Part shown: piece after piece, positions 8,283-21,900 of the stretch
Layout of the letters: every line of letters starts with the position of its first letter
How positions within the stretch are numbered: the stretch's first letter is position 1
DNA from: Podarcis pityusensis
Lineage: Eukaryota
Strand: one strand, 5' to 3'
Length of the DNA: 64,000 nt
Assembly (NCBI GenBank): GCA_964106645.2
Contig: OZ067041.1
Notes under the pieces: generated by a model
The model's input: the letters and a program-made list of their open reading frames with translations, nothing else
Database searches by the model: none
What the model was told of the DNA's origin: nothing
Made by a program: the position numbers and the translations under genes

Positions 8283-9424
8283 ACGGCAACATCTGCAACC
8301 ATCAGTTTTCAGAACTTTGATGTATAAATCCTGACACATGAACTTAAATTGTAGACTATTACTCAGGTTTAAGCCCTACTAAGTTCAATAAGATTCTCAT
8401 ATGAACCACCTTTGCTTGCTGTGGCAGGCTCTCAATACAACTTTGCCCCCAAAGAAGTTGAATTTAACAAATTTTCATTTCTCAAGGAAAAATTTAGGTT
8501 GAATAACAGAATGCTGACTTTTCCTTCCTGTAACTCTTTACTATTATTTCTGTGTGGCCCTTTAGATTGCATTTCTATTCGCTTTCATGTCATCATAGCT
8601 GGACTTTTAAACTGCCTCAAGGGTTGAGCATAGATCCAATGGTAAGCCATAAATTTAAATGTAAGTAACTTAAAATTTAAGCATGACACAACCTAGGGTG
8701 TGCTATGCGGTTCCGCTGCATTGAGAAGAAGAGGGGAGAGAAAAATACACACATGGGTATTTCAGAATGGGGAAGTTTAGAAGCATTATAGCCACTTTCC
8801 TTTGACTTCTCAATTCTACAGGCACGCGATGGAAGAAAAGGGAACTCGGTGGTTGTGAGCTGCTGTGCTCAGCTTGGCAGGCTTCCAGGCAAGACATGTT
8901 GACCCACCCACTCAAAGCCAGATTTTCAGCCCAGCAAGTCAGACGACAGCATCCCTTTGCAGTTGTTTACTCCTATCCTCTGTGGAAATTAGAAGCAGAA
9001 GTCAGAGCCCAACCCCCCTCCAAAGCTTGTTTGGATAAAGAAAACCCAAAGACTGTGTATGCACCCTTTCCTTACTGGTTTGCAACTGAAAAAGATATGG
9101 TATGCATCAAAATGAAACAGGGTGCCTTAGACCACGGTGCATCCAATCACCAGGCCGCCATGTTTTTTGATAAAGGAAGACAGTGGCGCCACTCAAACAT
9201 TACCTTTTTGCTGTACATCAAACATGGTTCAGGTATACAGATAAAACAGGTGTAGGGAACCTTTTTCAGTCCAAGGAGCACATCCCTTGTGGCGGGAGGG
9301 TTTAGAGGCAAAAGCAGGCAGAACAAGGAATGTAAATTTCACCTTTGTTCTGTAGGCTAATTTCTAATACAATCATACACTCTTCCTCCTGACAAGCAAG
9401 TGACATTGTCAGAAATTAAGGACA

Positions 9425-9558
9425 CAGTTGGTAGAGCATGAGACTCTTAAGCTTAGGGTTGTGGGTTCGAGCCCCACATTGGGCAAAAGTTTCCTGCAGT
9501 GCAGGGGCTGGACTGGATGACCCTCATGGTCCCTTCCAACTCTACAATTCTATGATTC
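9425..9558 (+). mobile_element. tRNA-derived SINE with CR1-like tail
   Basis: A/B boxes (TGGTAGAGC, GGTTCGAGCC) then ggtcccttccaactctacaattctatgattc. Confidence 0.8.
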
Positions 9559-12500
9559 CAGCCAGGCAAAAGCATTCAAGGAGGGTGCAAAGCAGGGCCA
9601 GTGAAGGGCAGGCCTAGGGGGCAGGGATAATCCCAACAGCCAGATCGGCTTGGAGTGCAAGAAATATTACCATCTTTGCCACTTTACTTATGCATCACCT
9701 TATACTATAAGTGTCTCAAGGCAACCCAAAGCACAAAACACTACATACAACAGTAAAAAAAAAAGAGATCATGCACCAATTTAAACATCCCAATCCTAGC
9801 TTTCCGTACAATCACCATGAACAGCAGACTGAAACAAACTGTTAAATAGGAGGAAAGAAAAAATAATAACAGGCAGGTGCCTGGGTGGAAATTTTCAGTC
9901 TGGTGCTGAAAAGGCAGTAATGCCAATGCCAGACAGGCCTAATTGGACAGGGCATTCCACAGACAGGGAGCCACTACTGAAAAGGCCCTCTTATGTAAAT
10001 GCCCTATGTAATTTCTCAAGTACATACCATACATATATACACTTGCCCAGAAGCACGACTGAATCCAGCTCCCTACTGAGTGCACACACTGTAAGAAACT
10101 CAGTGTTGCTTCGGTGTAACATAGAAAATTATCCCTTCTTCCTTCATCCAAGCAACATGTTGGGTACAAAGCAATATTGTTCTTGTTCTCACATAATGAT
10201 CACCTTTCTTCATTCAGATATGACAATGGGTTGCATTCAACTAACTTCTACTCAGAGCAGAGCCGCTGAAATTAATGGCCATGGTCCATGGGTTTACTCT
10301 GAGTAAACATTGGTTGACTACAACCAACCAAGTATCCCAGGGGCTGTACAAACATTCTGTGGATTTAAGATTGGTAAAGCACATGAGGACCTCATGGACC
10401 AAACAGAGAAATGGCTAATCCTAAAATGGCAGTAAAAGAAACCACAATATGCAACACAAGAGTCACCTCTATGGCCAGGTAGTAATTCGTAGTCTCATTT
10501 TGGTAAATGTGGTTGGATCCCAAAATATATCAATTCTAGTGCACCCAAAAACCTGCTAGGCCTTGGTGTCCATGTAAGCAGCTTTCATTGTGGCATTGGA
10601 TCAATTAAATAATCTGCCGTACAGTGAACCAAAGGCATCAGAGATTTACTTTGGTTGAGAAGACACTGAAGGTACTGAAGAGCCTTGCCAGATTCTAGCA
10701 CACTGAGTTTCTGCTCTGGGTGGGTTGATGCTTCTGCCAGATTCTTGGCATCGATTCCAGAACCCTGCAACATCCCTCATCTAAACCAAACCTGGTTGTG
10801 GGCTCACACACTGAGTTGCCTAGCAATGACAGTGTGATTATTCCTCCTCCTTTTCAGTCTAACCAAGTAGCTGAATTGGCACAGGAGGCAGCAGCAAAGC
10901 AGCAAATGGAGGATGCACAGAGGCCTGGCCTGCTGCCCATACCTCGGCCTGCCTTGGGAAATTAGGGTTTAACTTAGCATGGATGCCGATGGGTAACACC
11001 TATATGGAGAGGGCAGGGTGTGACAAAGGAGCAGCAAAAGGCAGGGACAGAATGATATAGTTAATCTTTTAATATTCATTTAACGCTAACTGGGTGTGCT
11101 AATCATAATTTTTGTTGTTTAAGCACAGCGAAGCAGTAATGCTACAGCTAACTGGGAGGTTATTCTGCTATTGTAGCCTGAGAAGATAGGAGGCTTGGTG
11201 CCATAAAGTGTTCCCACCTGTCTAGCTTCAGCCAGGCAGTATAGGCATGGAAGATCTCTATGGTCTGATCTCTATGTCCCAGACATTCAAAATCTGGGAA
11301 CGGCTGGTGAATGGTGCAGACACCCACACCCACCTTCTCCAGACCACAACAGGGCTTGTGCTTGTTTTGCTCAGGAACCTTGAGAGATTTTGCTGGGAAA
11401 GGAGGAGCCAATTGGTTACGGCAGTGTCTACCCCTCTTCTGCCTTCAACTTGGCTCTCTCAGTGCTCAGCTCAAGTTGCTTGGCTTCGGAACCTCAGTCT
11501 GTGGTCAGAGAGAGAAAGATGAATTATGGCAGCATGAGCCCTGGGTGAGACCATTAGTAGCTGGTGGCGGGTGGAGTGGAGATACACTGCCCAGCCCAAC
11601 CCGATCCCTTTCCAGCTGTTTCTGTCTTTTAGGGCTGTTGGGAGGTTTAAGAAATAACAAGAGCCCAGATGGATCCGACTACGGGCTCTTCAAATCCAGC
11701 ATGCTGTTTGGAACAGCGACCAGCCATATGCTGCTGGGAAGCTTAAAAGTCAGTAAGCCTTCCTCTGTTATCTGTCCCCAGTATCCAACATGCAGAGACA
11801 CCAGCATCACTCGACAACAAAATGTTGCAGCACGCAGTGCTTCTGGCTCAGGTTTCTAGCCACTTCATTTCATCCACCCCCTCATTTCCCTTCCTCTCCA
11901 GTCATTCTGTGCTCAATGTGCAAGCTCCATCCTCACGTGCTGTTTTGGAGTTTGTTTCTTCTTCTTTACTTCTTTGAGGGGGTGGGCATTGGACAGACTT
12001 GTGCCCAATCCCAGCTGCATTAATTCTTTACTCAATGGGCAAATCTCCTGGTGAACTGGTTATAGAGCATCACACTTGGACTGGAGAGACCCAGGTCCAA
12101 ATCCCACTACAGCCATCAACTCACTGGGAGACCTTGGAGCACTCACTATCTCAATCTAACCTACTTTACAGGGTTGTTGTGAGGATAAAAAGGAAGGGGG
12201 AAAAGAAAGCCATGAACACAGCCTTGGACTTCCTGGAGGAAATGTGGGGCACAAATGTAGTAAGAAACTAAAATTGTTTCTAAATTCCCCATTGAGAACT
12301 ATGCAAAGTTCTCTCTTTCATTCTACCCTCTCATCCTGTTCCAGCCACTATTTTCAGTAGAGAATCAACAAGGTTGAGATGATTTAAATGAACTGTATTT
12401 AAATTATGTTTTCATTTATTTAATCAAGTAGAAAGAGAGTAAATAAAAGAAGTGCTTTATAGGTATGTTAAGCGGTTTTATGGTACAACGGCGGCTTGGC

Positions 12501-13942
12501 CATATTGTGTCAAACAGACATGCTCAGAATAAATAATTTGTAAGTCAGACCATTGGTCTATCTAGCTCAACACTGTTTATGCTAACTGGCAGCTGTTCTT
12601 CAAGATTCCAGAAATGGGTCTTTCCTAGTCCCACCTGGAAATGGAACCCTGAGACCTTCTGCACCCAAAGCAGATACTCTACTACTGAGCTAAGGCCCTA
12701 GTGGTAAGAAAGTCTTGTACACTTTCTCAAAGCTTTTCAAACAAGAAACTTGAAAACAGTTTTTTATTCTGCCATGCTAGATATAGATTCTGACCAAAGG
12801 CCTGAAATAAACTGCAAATCTATTTATAACATAGAGTTGAGATGCTGGTCAATTGACCGCCTATTACTTGACTGCCGTCAAATATTCCATGAAGTCAAGA
12901 ATGCCTTTGTATAAGCGGCAGATTTCTTTTCTTTTCTTTTTTACTGCATCCCATGGTCCTCTTGAGAGCAATGATACAAGGGCTTCTGTGTACTGGTTAC
13001 TTGTAAATAAAACCTCTAAGCAGTTTATAATAGCAGCTGCCTGGTGTCATTAATTTTTATTTTTATTTTAAAAAGGTAGACTGTATTGCACTTTTCATCA
13101 CATCTGAGTCTCAAAGTGGCTCACTATGGGCATGAGGATAATACACTATTTGGAGACAGTACTCTATCACCTATGTAATTCTCTATACAGTACTGTTGTT
13201 CTACCAAACTGATGTTTTCAGCAACGTCCAACTGAGTCCAATCAGCTGTTCATCTTGCTAGGACCTTGTCTCAAAAAGTGGGCAGTCCCAGGTGCATTAA
13301 TAGGGGTAGGATGCAAATGCTGCCCATTTTCCAATACTCAATACATTGGGAAGACCTGAAATCTTGCATTTGCACCATTGATCACAACTATATTTTCTGA
13401 CAGAGCACTCCACGGGTTATCAGTAAGAACACATTATTTTGCTTGAACCAGGAAGTTCCTCAGTTTCACTGAAACCCTATCACTTAATGTTATGTACATA
13501 TCAATTCAAGGATATATCTATGCACATGGGCCTATTTTAATATCTTTTTAAAAAGCATCTTAGAAGCTTTCACAACTAACTTTCCAGTCAAAGAAGCCAT
13601 AGGTGTTTTATCAGGTGTGCGGCATGAAGACAACCAATAAAGTTAGTGGTGAACACTTAATTATTTAAGCTTTCATTAGATTTCAGCAGCACTTTGAATT
13701 CCTGGCACATTTAAAACAAAGTATATCATGTAACCCCTTGATGACAGAGGTGGTGGCCAAACAGTAAAATATTTGGCAGCATTCTTAATTCCCCATTCTA
13801 AACACAGCCTACTCTGAACAGGTAAATTCAATCAGTTAATCCTTATAGAATGTCTTATCTTTCTTGATCAACCATTCAAAAGGCCTCGTGATGAAAAAAC
13901 AGAGATGCCAGTGTTTCTGCCCACCATGCTACTTAAGCAGTA

Positions 13943-14168
13943 CAGTGGTACCTCGGGTTACATACGCTTCAGGTTACAGACTCCGCTAACCCAGAAATAG
14001 TGCTTCAGGTTAAGAACTTTGCTTCAGGATGAGAACAGAAATTGTGCTCCGGCGGTGCAGCGGCAGCAGGAGGCCCCATTAGCTAAAGTGGTGCTTCAGG
14101 TTAAGAACAATTTCAGGTTAAGAACGGACCTCCGGAACGAATTAAGTACTTAACCCAAGGTACCACTG
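13943..14168. mobile_element. Tc1/mariner-type MITE
   Basis: TIR CAGTGGTACCTCGGGTTA / TAACCCAAGGTACCACTG, TA on both sides; multi-copy in the window. Confidence 0.9.
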
Positions 14169-15723
14169 TATTTGTAATTGCCAGGTCCTTGGTAACTGAA
14201 AATAAGCTTTCCTAGATTGCGCTCAAGGCAGGTTTGGGTGGGTGGGTGTGTGTGCCTAAGAAGATTATATGGGATTGAGATCAAGTGTCGATCTCCCACC
14301 ACTATGAATATTGCAAAAGGCTATCAGTTTTCACCAGACACTGAACAGTCTGTTAGCCCACCCTACTGCTTCAACAAAGCTTGTTGAGGAGATACTCAGC
14401 TAGACTCAATGCCCAAGAAGAGACTGGGGTGGGTGGTGGGGGACTCTGGACTGTGGGAAAGTAAAGAAAAAATAGGGGCAAAAACTGAACCAACCAACAC
14501 CTTCAGCAAACATTGCTGTGCCATTAAAGTAGAGCAGCAAGGCCTCAAGAATTCCCCCTTCCCAGCTGCAACAAAGATTAAATAAGAAATCCTTCCACAA
14601 TCTCATCTCTCTCTCAGCCTGTTCACACATGCTTAAGGTACACACTTGGGTAAACTTAAGTCTCATGCCAGCAGATGCAACCATAAAGTGTGAATGTGAC
14701 AAACCAGCAGCTGAAAACATGCATCCAACACACATGATTAGAGACAGCCAGGATTTGCTATGGTTTCTGGTAGAGAGTATGGTCAGAGGCAAAGCCAGGT
14801 AATGTATAAAACAGCCATCCCTACTTCTGGAAGTTGGCAGAACTATAGAAGAATTGCATATTGAAACCATGGAAATCAGGATGCCAATTCAGCACATCTT
14901 TGCATAATTAGTACAGGATTTCCATATTATACAAATTGTGTCACCTGGAATGTGGTAACTAAAAAGACATTGCACACTGCAATCCAACCTGCAATCATAA
15001 CCCTCCAATGGTTTGCATGAACAGCAGTAATTTGCGTAGCAATCCATAAATAGTCCCTGGGAAAGTCAAAGCATCGTCTGAATTAGAAGCAAACTACTGC
15101 TAAAATTATATGTGGAGACACTCCTATTGTTACTATTACTAAAGTACAGTACAGATGGTGTGCTAGGTGCTGTACAAATTATATTAAGGCAATAAAGTAT
15201 CTAAATAAAATTAATTTTAATTTTGGACAGGAGTAAAACACCAGTTTATTAGAACTTGCATGTCACCCCATGTTTGTTCCACTCTATATAACCTACTTTT
15301 CTGGAGCAAATAAACATATTTCACTAATTAGATTTATAGCATGCCTTATCCCCAAGGCACTGGGTGGGTACAAATATGTCATCACCTCCTTTATGCTCAC
15401 AATAACCCTGTGAGGGAGGTCACAATTACTGATATTTTGCAGTTGGAAAACAAATGCAACAGCAACTTGCTCAGGGTCACCAAAATAGACAATTGTTGCA
15501 ACCTGGCATCAAATCCCAGCTCAGAACTATAACATCACCAGGACATACAGCACCAAGCAATCTGAAGCATATTTACTCAGAATTTCTAAAGATTTCAGTG
15601 AGATTTGCTTCCGAGCAATAAATTTTTGGGTTGGTCTTTAATGTCACAAAAAGTTATCTGCAGGCATTCTCTGGTTTGGTATCGCACTCTTGAGTTAGGA
15701 ACCCTAGTCACATACAATCTATA

Positions 15724-15938
15724 CAGTAGTACCTCGGGTTAATTACTTAATTCGTTCTGGAGGTCCGTTCTTAACCTGAAACTGTTCTTAACCTGAGGTA
15801 CCACTTTAGCTAATGGGGCGTCCCGCTGCCGCCGCGCGATTTCTGTTCTCATCCTGAAGCAAAGTTCTTAACCCGGGGTACTATTTCTGGGTTAGCGGAC
15901 TCTGTAACCTGAAGCATCTGTAACCCGAGGTACCACTG
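15724..15938. mobile_element. Tc1/mariner-type MITE (same family as 13943, inverted)
   Basis: Same TIRs, TA TSD. Confidence 0.9.
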
Positions 15939-18900
15939 TATATTCAACACTAATCCCCATCCTAGCCCACATGGATAATCTAGGTGAGTGGTAAAGCTTC
16001 TACAGTGTTACCTCCAGTTGTGGACAGGATCCGTTCCGGATCCTGAGGCTTTCACAATTGGAGAGACCGCTTCTGCATGCACACACGCGGCAAAAACCCA
16101 GAAATATATGTTCGGGTTTGCTGCTTACATATCCTGAAGTTTATGTAACCGGAGGGATACGTAAGTTGAGATACGATTGTACTTGTTTTAAAGACCACAA
16201 CAGTAACTCTATACCCCAGTATTATGAAGTACCTCTTCTCTAAAGTACTTCCTCTTTTGCACTACCACCCCTCCCAACAGCAATGCTGGGAATTGCCTTT
16301 AGTGCTCAAACCCCATAGATTAACTTCAGCTTGACTCCTGACTCGCTGTTCTGGAGATTGTCACTCTCCCCTGCAACTGATTAGCTTACAGTGGCATGTG
16401 AACCAGGCCTAATTCTGGGTTCCTGGAACTGTGTGAACATGCCAGCTCCTGCTGAGAAGCCCTTAGCCACCTCCTCCCCAGTCCTCTTTACTACCATGAT
16501 ATGCTGAGTAAAAACAGAGGAGCAAAGCAACCTCTATGGAAGCCACTTGCCAACACGATCCCAATAAACTATAATTTGGCTTACAATGGCATGTGAGTTG
16601 TGAATCAAGCCATATTCACACTAGTTGCTAGCACCCCGTTCGTGCATGTGTGATTTCCTCAGATCAGGGAAGAGGAACCTTTCTGGCCACTCCTAAGGGT
16701 CAACTCTGACAGGTGGGTGGGACAACCCACGCATCAATCATGTGATGCCTCACCTACCTGGCAAAGTCCACTTGAGCAGTGCTTCCCAAGCTCCCGACAA
16801 CATTGTGAACCACAGAGCAAGGGGGTTCGACAGTCCTACGCCCAGCACTTCAGAAGCTCTGAGCACTGGCCTTGCTCAGCAACTCCCAAACGCCTGGCAA
16901 CCAGCTGGTTGTCAGGAATTTGGGAAGCACTGTGCAAAGTGCTTTGTAAGCCCTGTGGTCAGCACTTCTCAGCTCCCAAGCATACGGCTGACATAGCTGC
17001 TTTCTGCAGGGATCAGCTGTGGGATCAAGTTCCCCATGGGAACCTGAACTCACAATGCATCACCCAATGGGAGATGACTTTAACCCTTCTACGTGCAGGG
17101 ATGGGACATGGAACTTGTATGTAGAGACAACTCCCAATTTACACAGGGGTTACATTCCAAACTACCATGTATATTTGAAACACAATTGAAAATGCCAGCA
17201 AACACCCCGTTCCGCCCCTTTCTGTGACTCTTTGGGTCACTTTCAGGTTCAGCACGGTCACACACATATCGGACGTGTCTAAAACAGTCGCTCCCTGCAA
17301 CTGATGCTCACACTAGCTGTTACTGCCCCATTCATACATGTATGATTTTTCTAGATCGTCAGTGCATCCCAAGAAAACTTGACAGCCCAGACTGGACTGA
17401 TGGCTTAGGGAGTGACAAAGATGCAGAGACTTCAGAAAGCCCAATGTGGCCTGCAGGTTACTTAGTGAGAAGCTGAGAAATGAAACATGAAAGGCAAGCT
17501 CTCACTATGCAACTATAAAGTTGGCCAATATGTGCAAACCTACCTTATGTATGTTTACAGAGAAGCCAATCCTACTGAGTTTAATGAGGTTTACTCTTAA
17601 GCAAACATACTCAGGGCTTCCAGCCAAGTCTGACAAACAGGACCACCACATCTATACTTCACATCTTAAAGCAGTTTAGAACCAATTTCACAAAAAAGAC
17701 TTCCGAGAAAGATCCCTGAGGAATTATGGCTTTTGTGAAGGTTCTGGGAATTCTGTGCTAAGAATAGCCTCAACACTTCACAGCACTCCACATCCAAGGA
17801 GTCTTCAATCTGGAACCGTGGCATTTATAAACCAGTATGAAAGTGCCTTTATACCCCTTTAACAGTCACAGCTTTCCCCAAAGAATCCTGGAAACTGCAG
17901 TTTATCCCCACAGGCCTACAATTCCCAGCACCCTTAACAAACCACAGTTCCCATGATTATTTGGGGAATGCCATGTGCTTTAATACATGGTGTGGACGTG
18001 ACTTAGAAATGCCCACAAAAATAGATGACAATATACCAGGACGGGTTTGATCACATCAAGTAACACCACTATTTATAAAACATATATTGCCTTGGGAGTT
18101 TTGAGATCACTTTGTTCCCATTAACTCTGTGATCTGTAGAACAACCCTGCAAATTAACGCAACACTCTATTTCCCAAAGTACAGCTTGGGACAGGGCTAT
18201 AATAAGGGTGGGCCTTCATAAGACCATCTAGCTAGTATGCAAGACTTTCCCTGGCTCACAGCTTATTTCCACCCTCTTGCAAAACCCATGTTTGGGGATG
18301 GGGCAGAACTAATATGAACCACAATACTCTGGAGCAGCCTTTCTCAACTCCCATCATCCTTGACCAGTGGCCATGCTAGCTAGGGATGCTGGGAGTTGTA
18401 GTCCAACGACACCTGGGGACACAAGGTTGAGAGTGATGGGGAGAACTCAGCCAACAGGAACACCTGGCCCAGAAATGCAACAGTTAAATCCAATGGTATT
18501 GCTCTGTGCTTCTCAAATCCATGAAACTTCTCACAGATTAGAAAGCAGGAAGAAACATCAAGTATGATGTATAATATGATCCAAGAGCTTAGAAGAGGGG
18601 GAGGAGAGGGATAAATAAATGCACGTACCAAACATACACATTTGTTAGCACAAAACACATTTTTATAAGCCTACAGACAGTCAAGTTTTTTTTTAAAGTG
18701 TGTATTATCCTACCCAGCCCTCCCCCACACCAGTTCTCCAAAAGCCAAACCCTTCTTTGGAAGACAGCAGGGCGGGAGGGGGGGCGGAGCTGTTCTACAA
18801 TTTCACTGCATGGCTTGAAAAACAACTTTGATTGGCACTTGGCCTGACCCACAGAGCAAGAAAAAAAGAAAAAGAAAAACAGCTTTGGGACAAAGAGTGC

Positions 18901-21900
18901 AAATATTTGAGCGCAATGACTTACATGCTTTCTTTATATTTACAAGAAAAAATCCTGGTACAAAGATATAATTAGAAAGAGGCTGCCAAACATACACATA
19001 CACAGCGCATTTGCCTTAGTTGCTCCAAGCTGATAGATTTGCCCAGCTCAGCAGTTTTAATTCATTTGCGCTGGACAAACAAGAGGCAACTCAGTTAATC
19101 AGATGTACAGAGTGGAGGCAAACCAATCAGAATATTCCTGAAGGGTGGCTTGCTGGATAGCTAGTATTGTTAGAAATAGTGGCAGATGTGTCTGGTTTGG
19201 CTTGGGGCTCCATAAACCAAGGTTTTGATGTGGTAAACAAGCTTTGCAATCAAATGCAGTCAAAGGCCTCCCCTCTCCTTGTACATCACTTTGGAGTTTA
19301 GTTTATGGTTTGCATTATTCCGCATTCTGACTGAACCAGGGAAATCTGGTTTAATGTCATTTAACAAGACAGGACCAGATCCCTTCAACCCACTAGCCAT
19401 GTGTCCCAACTTTTACGAAGTGTTTTAACCCACCCCCCTCCATATCACTTGCCATTACTGGCAGGGGCAATGCAACACACTTCTTCATAAGGATGTCAGC
19501 ACACATGGAGAATTGAATTAGCTGTTATTATGGAAGGTGGTGGGAAATTCAACATGCAACTACTGTCTTCAGCAGCAGCCTCATCTTCACTGCAACACCT
19601 AATTCCACTTTCAGGTACAGTCTTAAGAAAATAAAAAAACATGTTTTCTAGATGTTGCTGGCTCTTTCACTTAAAACTAAATGGCCTAAGCCTAAAACTA
19701 GTTCAGGGAATGCTTTTCCCCATATTGACCCCTTCTCATTCTTCAGTCACTTTGGTCTTGTTCCAGGAAACACTTCCATCTGAAGTAAGGCCAGTATCCA
19801 CTGGCAGCAGGGCCTTCTAAAGTATGGCACATTTCTTCTCAGAAGAGCTTTCCTATGAGGAAAGGTCTTCATCTGCCTTCTGAAAACCATTTAAATTATT
19901 TTATTATTTAATGCCAAAAAGACTAGCATTATTAACGCTCCTGCTAAGATTCCAGCATTTATATTAAACTCTTTTTTCATCTTTTTATGAATTTTATATG
20001 CATTTAGGGTCAATTCAAATCTTCCTCAGGGGTAGAAAGCATGATAAAAATGTAATAAAATAAACTGTGTAATGAAATGAACTGTGACAAGAGATGCACG
20101 GATAACTTTGCCACAAGAGGGTAAGGAAAAGTAGCTGTGCGTGACCTGCACCCAAATCATTAGTCAACCTCCATTCCCCCCCCCCCCATCAAAATAAGGA
20201 AACTAACTTAATTTGCCTGATTGCATTGGCTTTGAAGGTTTTCAAATACTTTTTCCCCCTTTTAGGCAAAGGAGCATGTTGTTGACTACTCATACAGTGG
20301 TAACGAAGACTGCAGAAGCAAGGCACGTAGGAAAAGGGAGGAGGCATCATTCAGTTTGGATACACACAGAAAAGCGGGAGGGGGAGTAACAGGTAGCCAA
20401 CTGGCTTCTATTCAATTCTTGGCTTATTTTCCAAACACAGTCAGCTTATTTTTAACCTCTTATTCACAGCCATGAGGGCTAGGAACCACACCTCAAGAAA
20501 GAGAGGAACGATATTCTCAGGATGCTAACTGTACCACTGATTCAGAGGTGGTCCTATGTTAACAGAACCCCTTCCCTAGGCGTATTCATATGGCCCCTAT
20601 GTTGATGGCTTGTAAAACAGCCTGAAGACTTTTTTGTTGCAAAATGCTTTCACTTGCTATTTTAGCTGTTTTGTATTTCACAGCTGTTGTTCTTTTAAAA
20701 CTCTTTATGCTGTGCCACTTGTTTTTTTATACTGTTTATTGCTGTTGCTATAATATTTTTAGTTGTTTTAGTGTTTTACGGATTGTGTGGTTTCACAGTT
20801 TATAATCACATTATGAATTTTATGCTTTTAATATGTTGTGGGAAGCTTGGGGAAGGGTTTAACACCTGAATGGCAGCCTATAATAAATATTGATCTTTTT
20901 AAACAGAATGTACATGACACAGAGATCAAGTATCAGAGAGGTGTTGTCATAGGAATTTACTTACCCACATCTCAATAAATCAGAAATCACCTCAACAGTA
21001 CAAAATAGTTAAACTATTCCTTAAAAAAGGGATCCAAGGATGAAAATATACTCATTCATCACCTCAAACACACAACTTCCCAGGTAAAGTAGGAGTTCAC
21101 TCTAGAAATATTACTTTCTGCAACATCCTTATACAGGCAAAAACAGCCATGTTTATATTACTTATTACATCTGAACAGCATCCATACACCATTTTTTTAA
21201 AAACTGCATTTTAAGGAATTCATACTAGGAATCAAGATTCTCACTAACAAGGGAGCCTTCCTACAGACAGTGATTCATGATTCTAGCATCAGATTATGTG
21301 ACCAGCAGGATTTGGTCCTCTTTTGAGCACATTATTACATAATTTTAAAACTGCAAAGAATTGGGGTATTGTATCTTTCACATACCACTTTTTTCCATCA
21401 TCCAGTAACCCTTAGTGCATCAATTAATCTGCTGAATAATATCCATCTCAAAATCTCCACACATCACTTGGTATTCTAGGACCTTACATGAAATGTATGG
21501 AATCCTGACCAAGCCGCCTTAATAAAAAAAGTCATCACAATAATTTGTCAGCATTTTATTGTACGTTTCTCCTAATATATACATTTCTGCTTGTAATTTT
21601 GTTCCCTAATACACCCCAACATATTTTATGTTATTTTCACCAATATATACATTTTTATGCACATGCTTTTGTGCACATTATCTGATTGGAAAACTGAATT
21701 GCAAAATTCAGAAAAGTGCACATTTTGAAGGATAGCTTCATTTGGATTCACATTTGGGAGGGGTGTGGGAAGTACAAATAAGGTAGTTTTGCATTAAAAT
21801 GCAAACAGAATTTCTCCCCTATCCCTTGCTGGGTGCCACTTGGCCAGTATAAATGCACACTGTGCCACAGTACAGTCCTCCCTCCATAAAGGGAAGAGAC

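Noticed and set aside
9425-9485. tRNA genes (also at 38340-38405, 40016 and 43218)
   Set aside because: These are SINE heads with incomplete cloverleafs, joined to LINE-like tails
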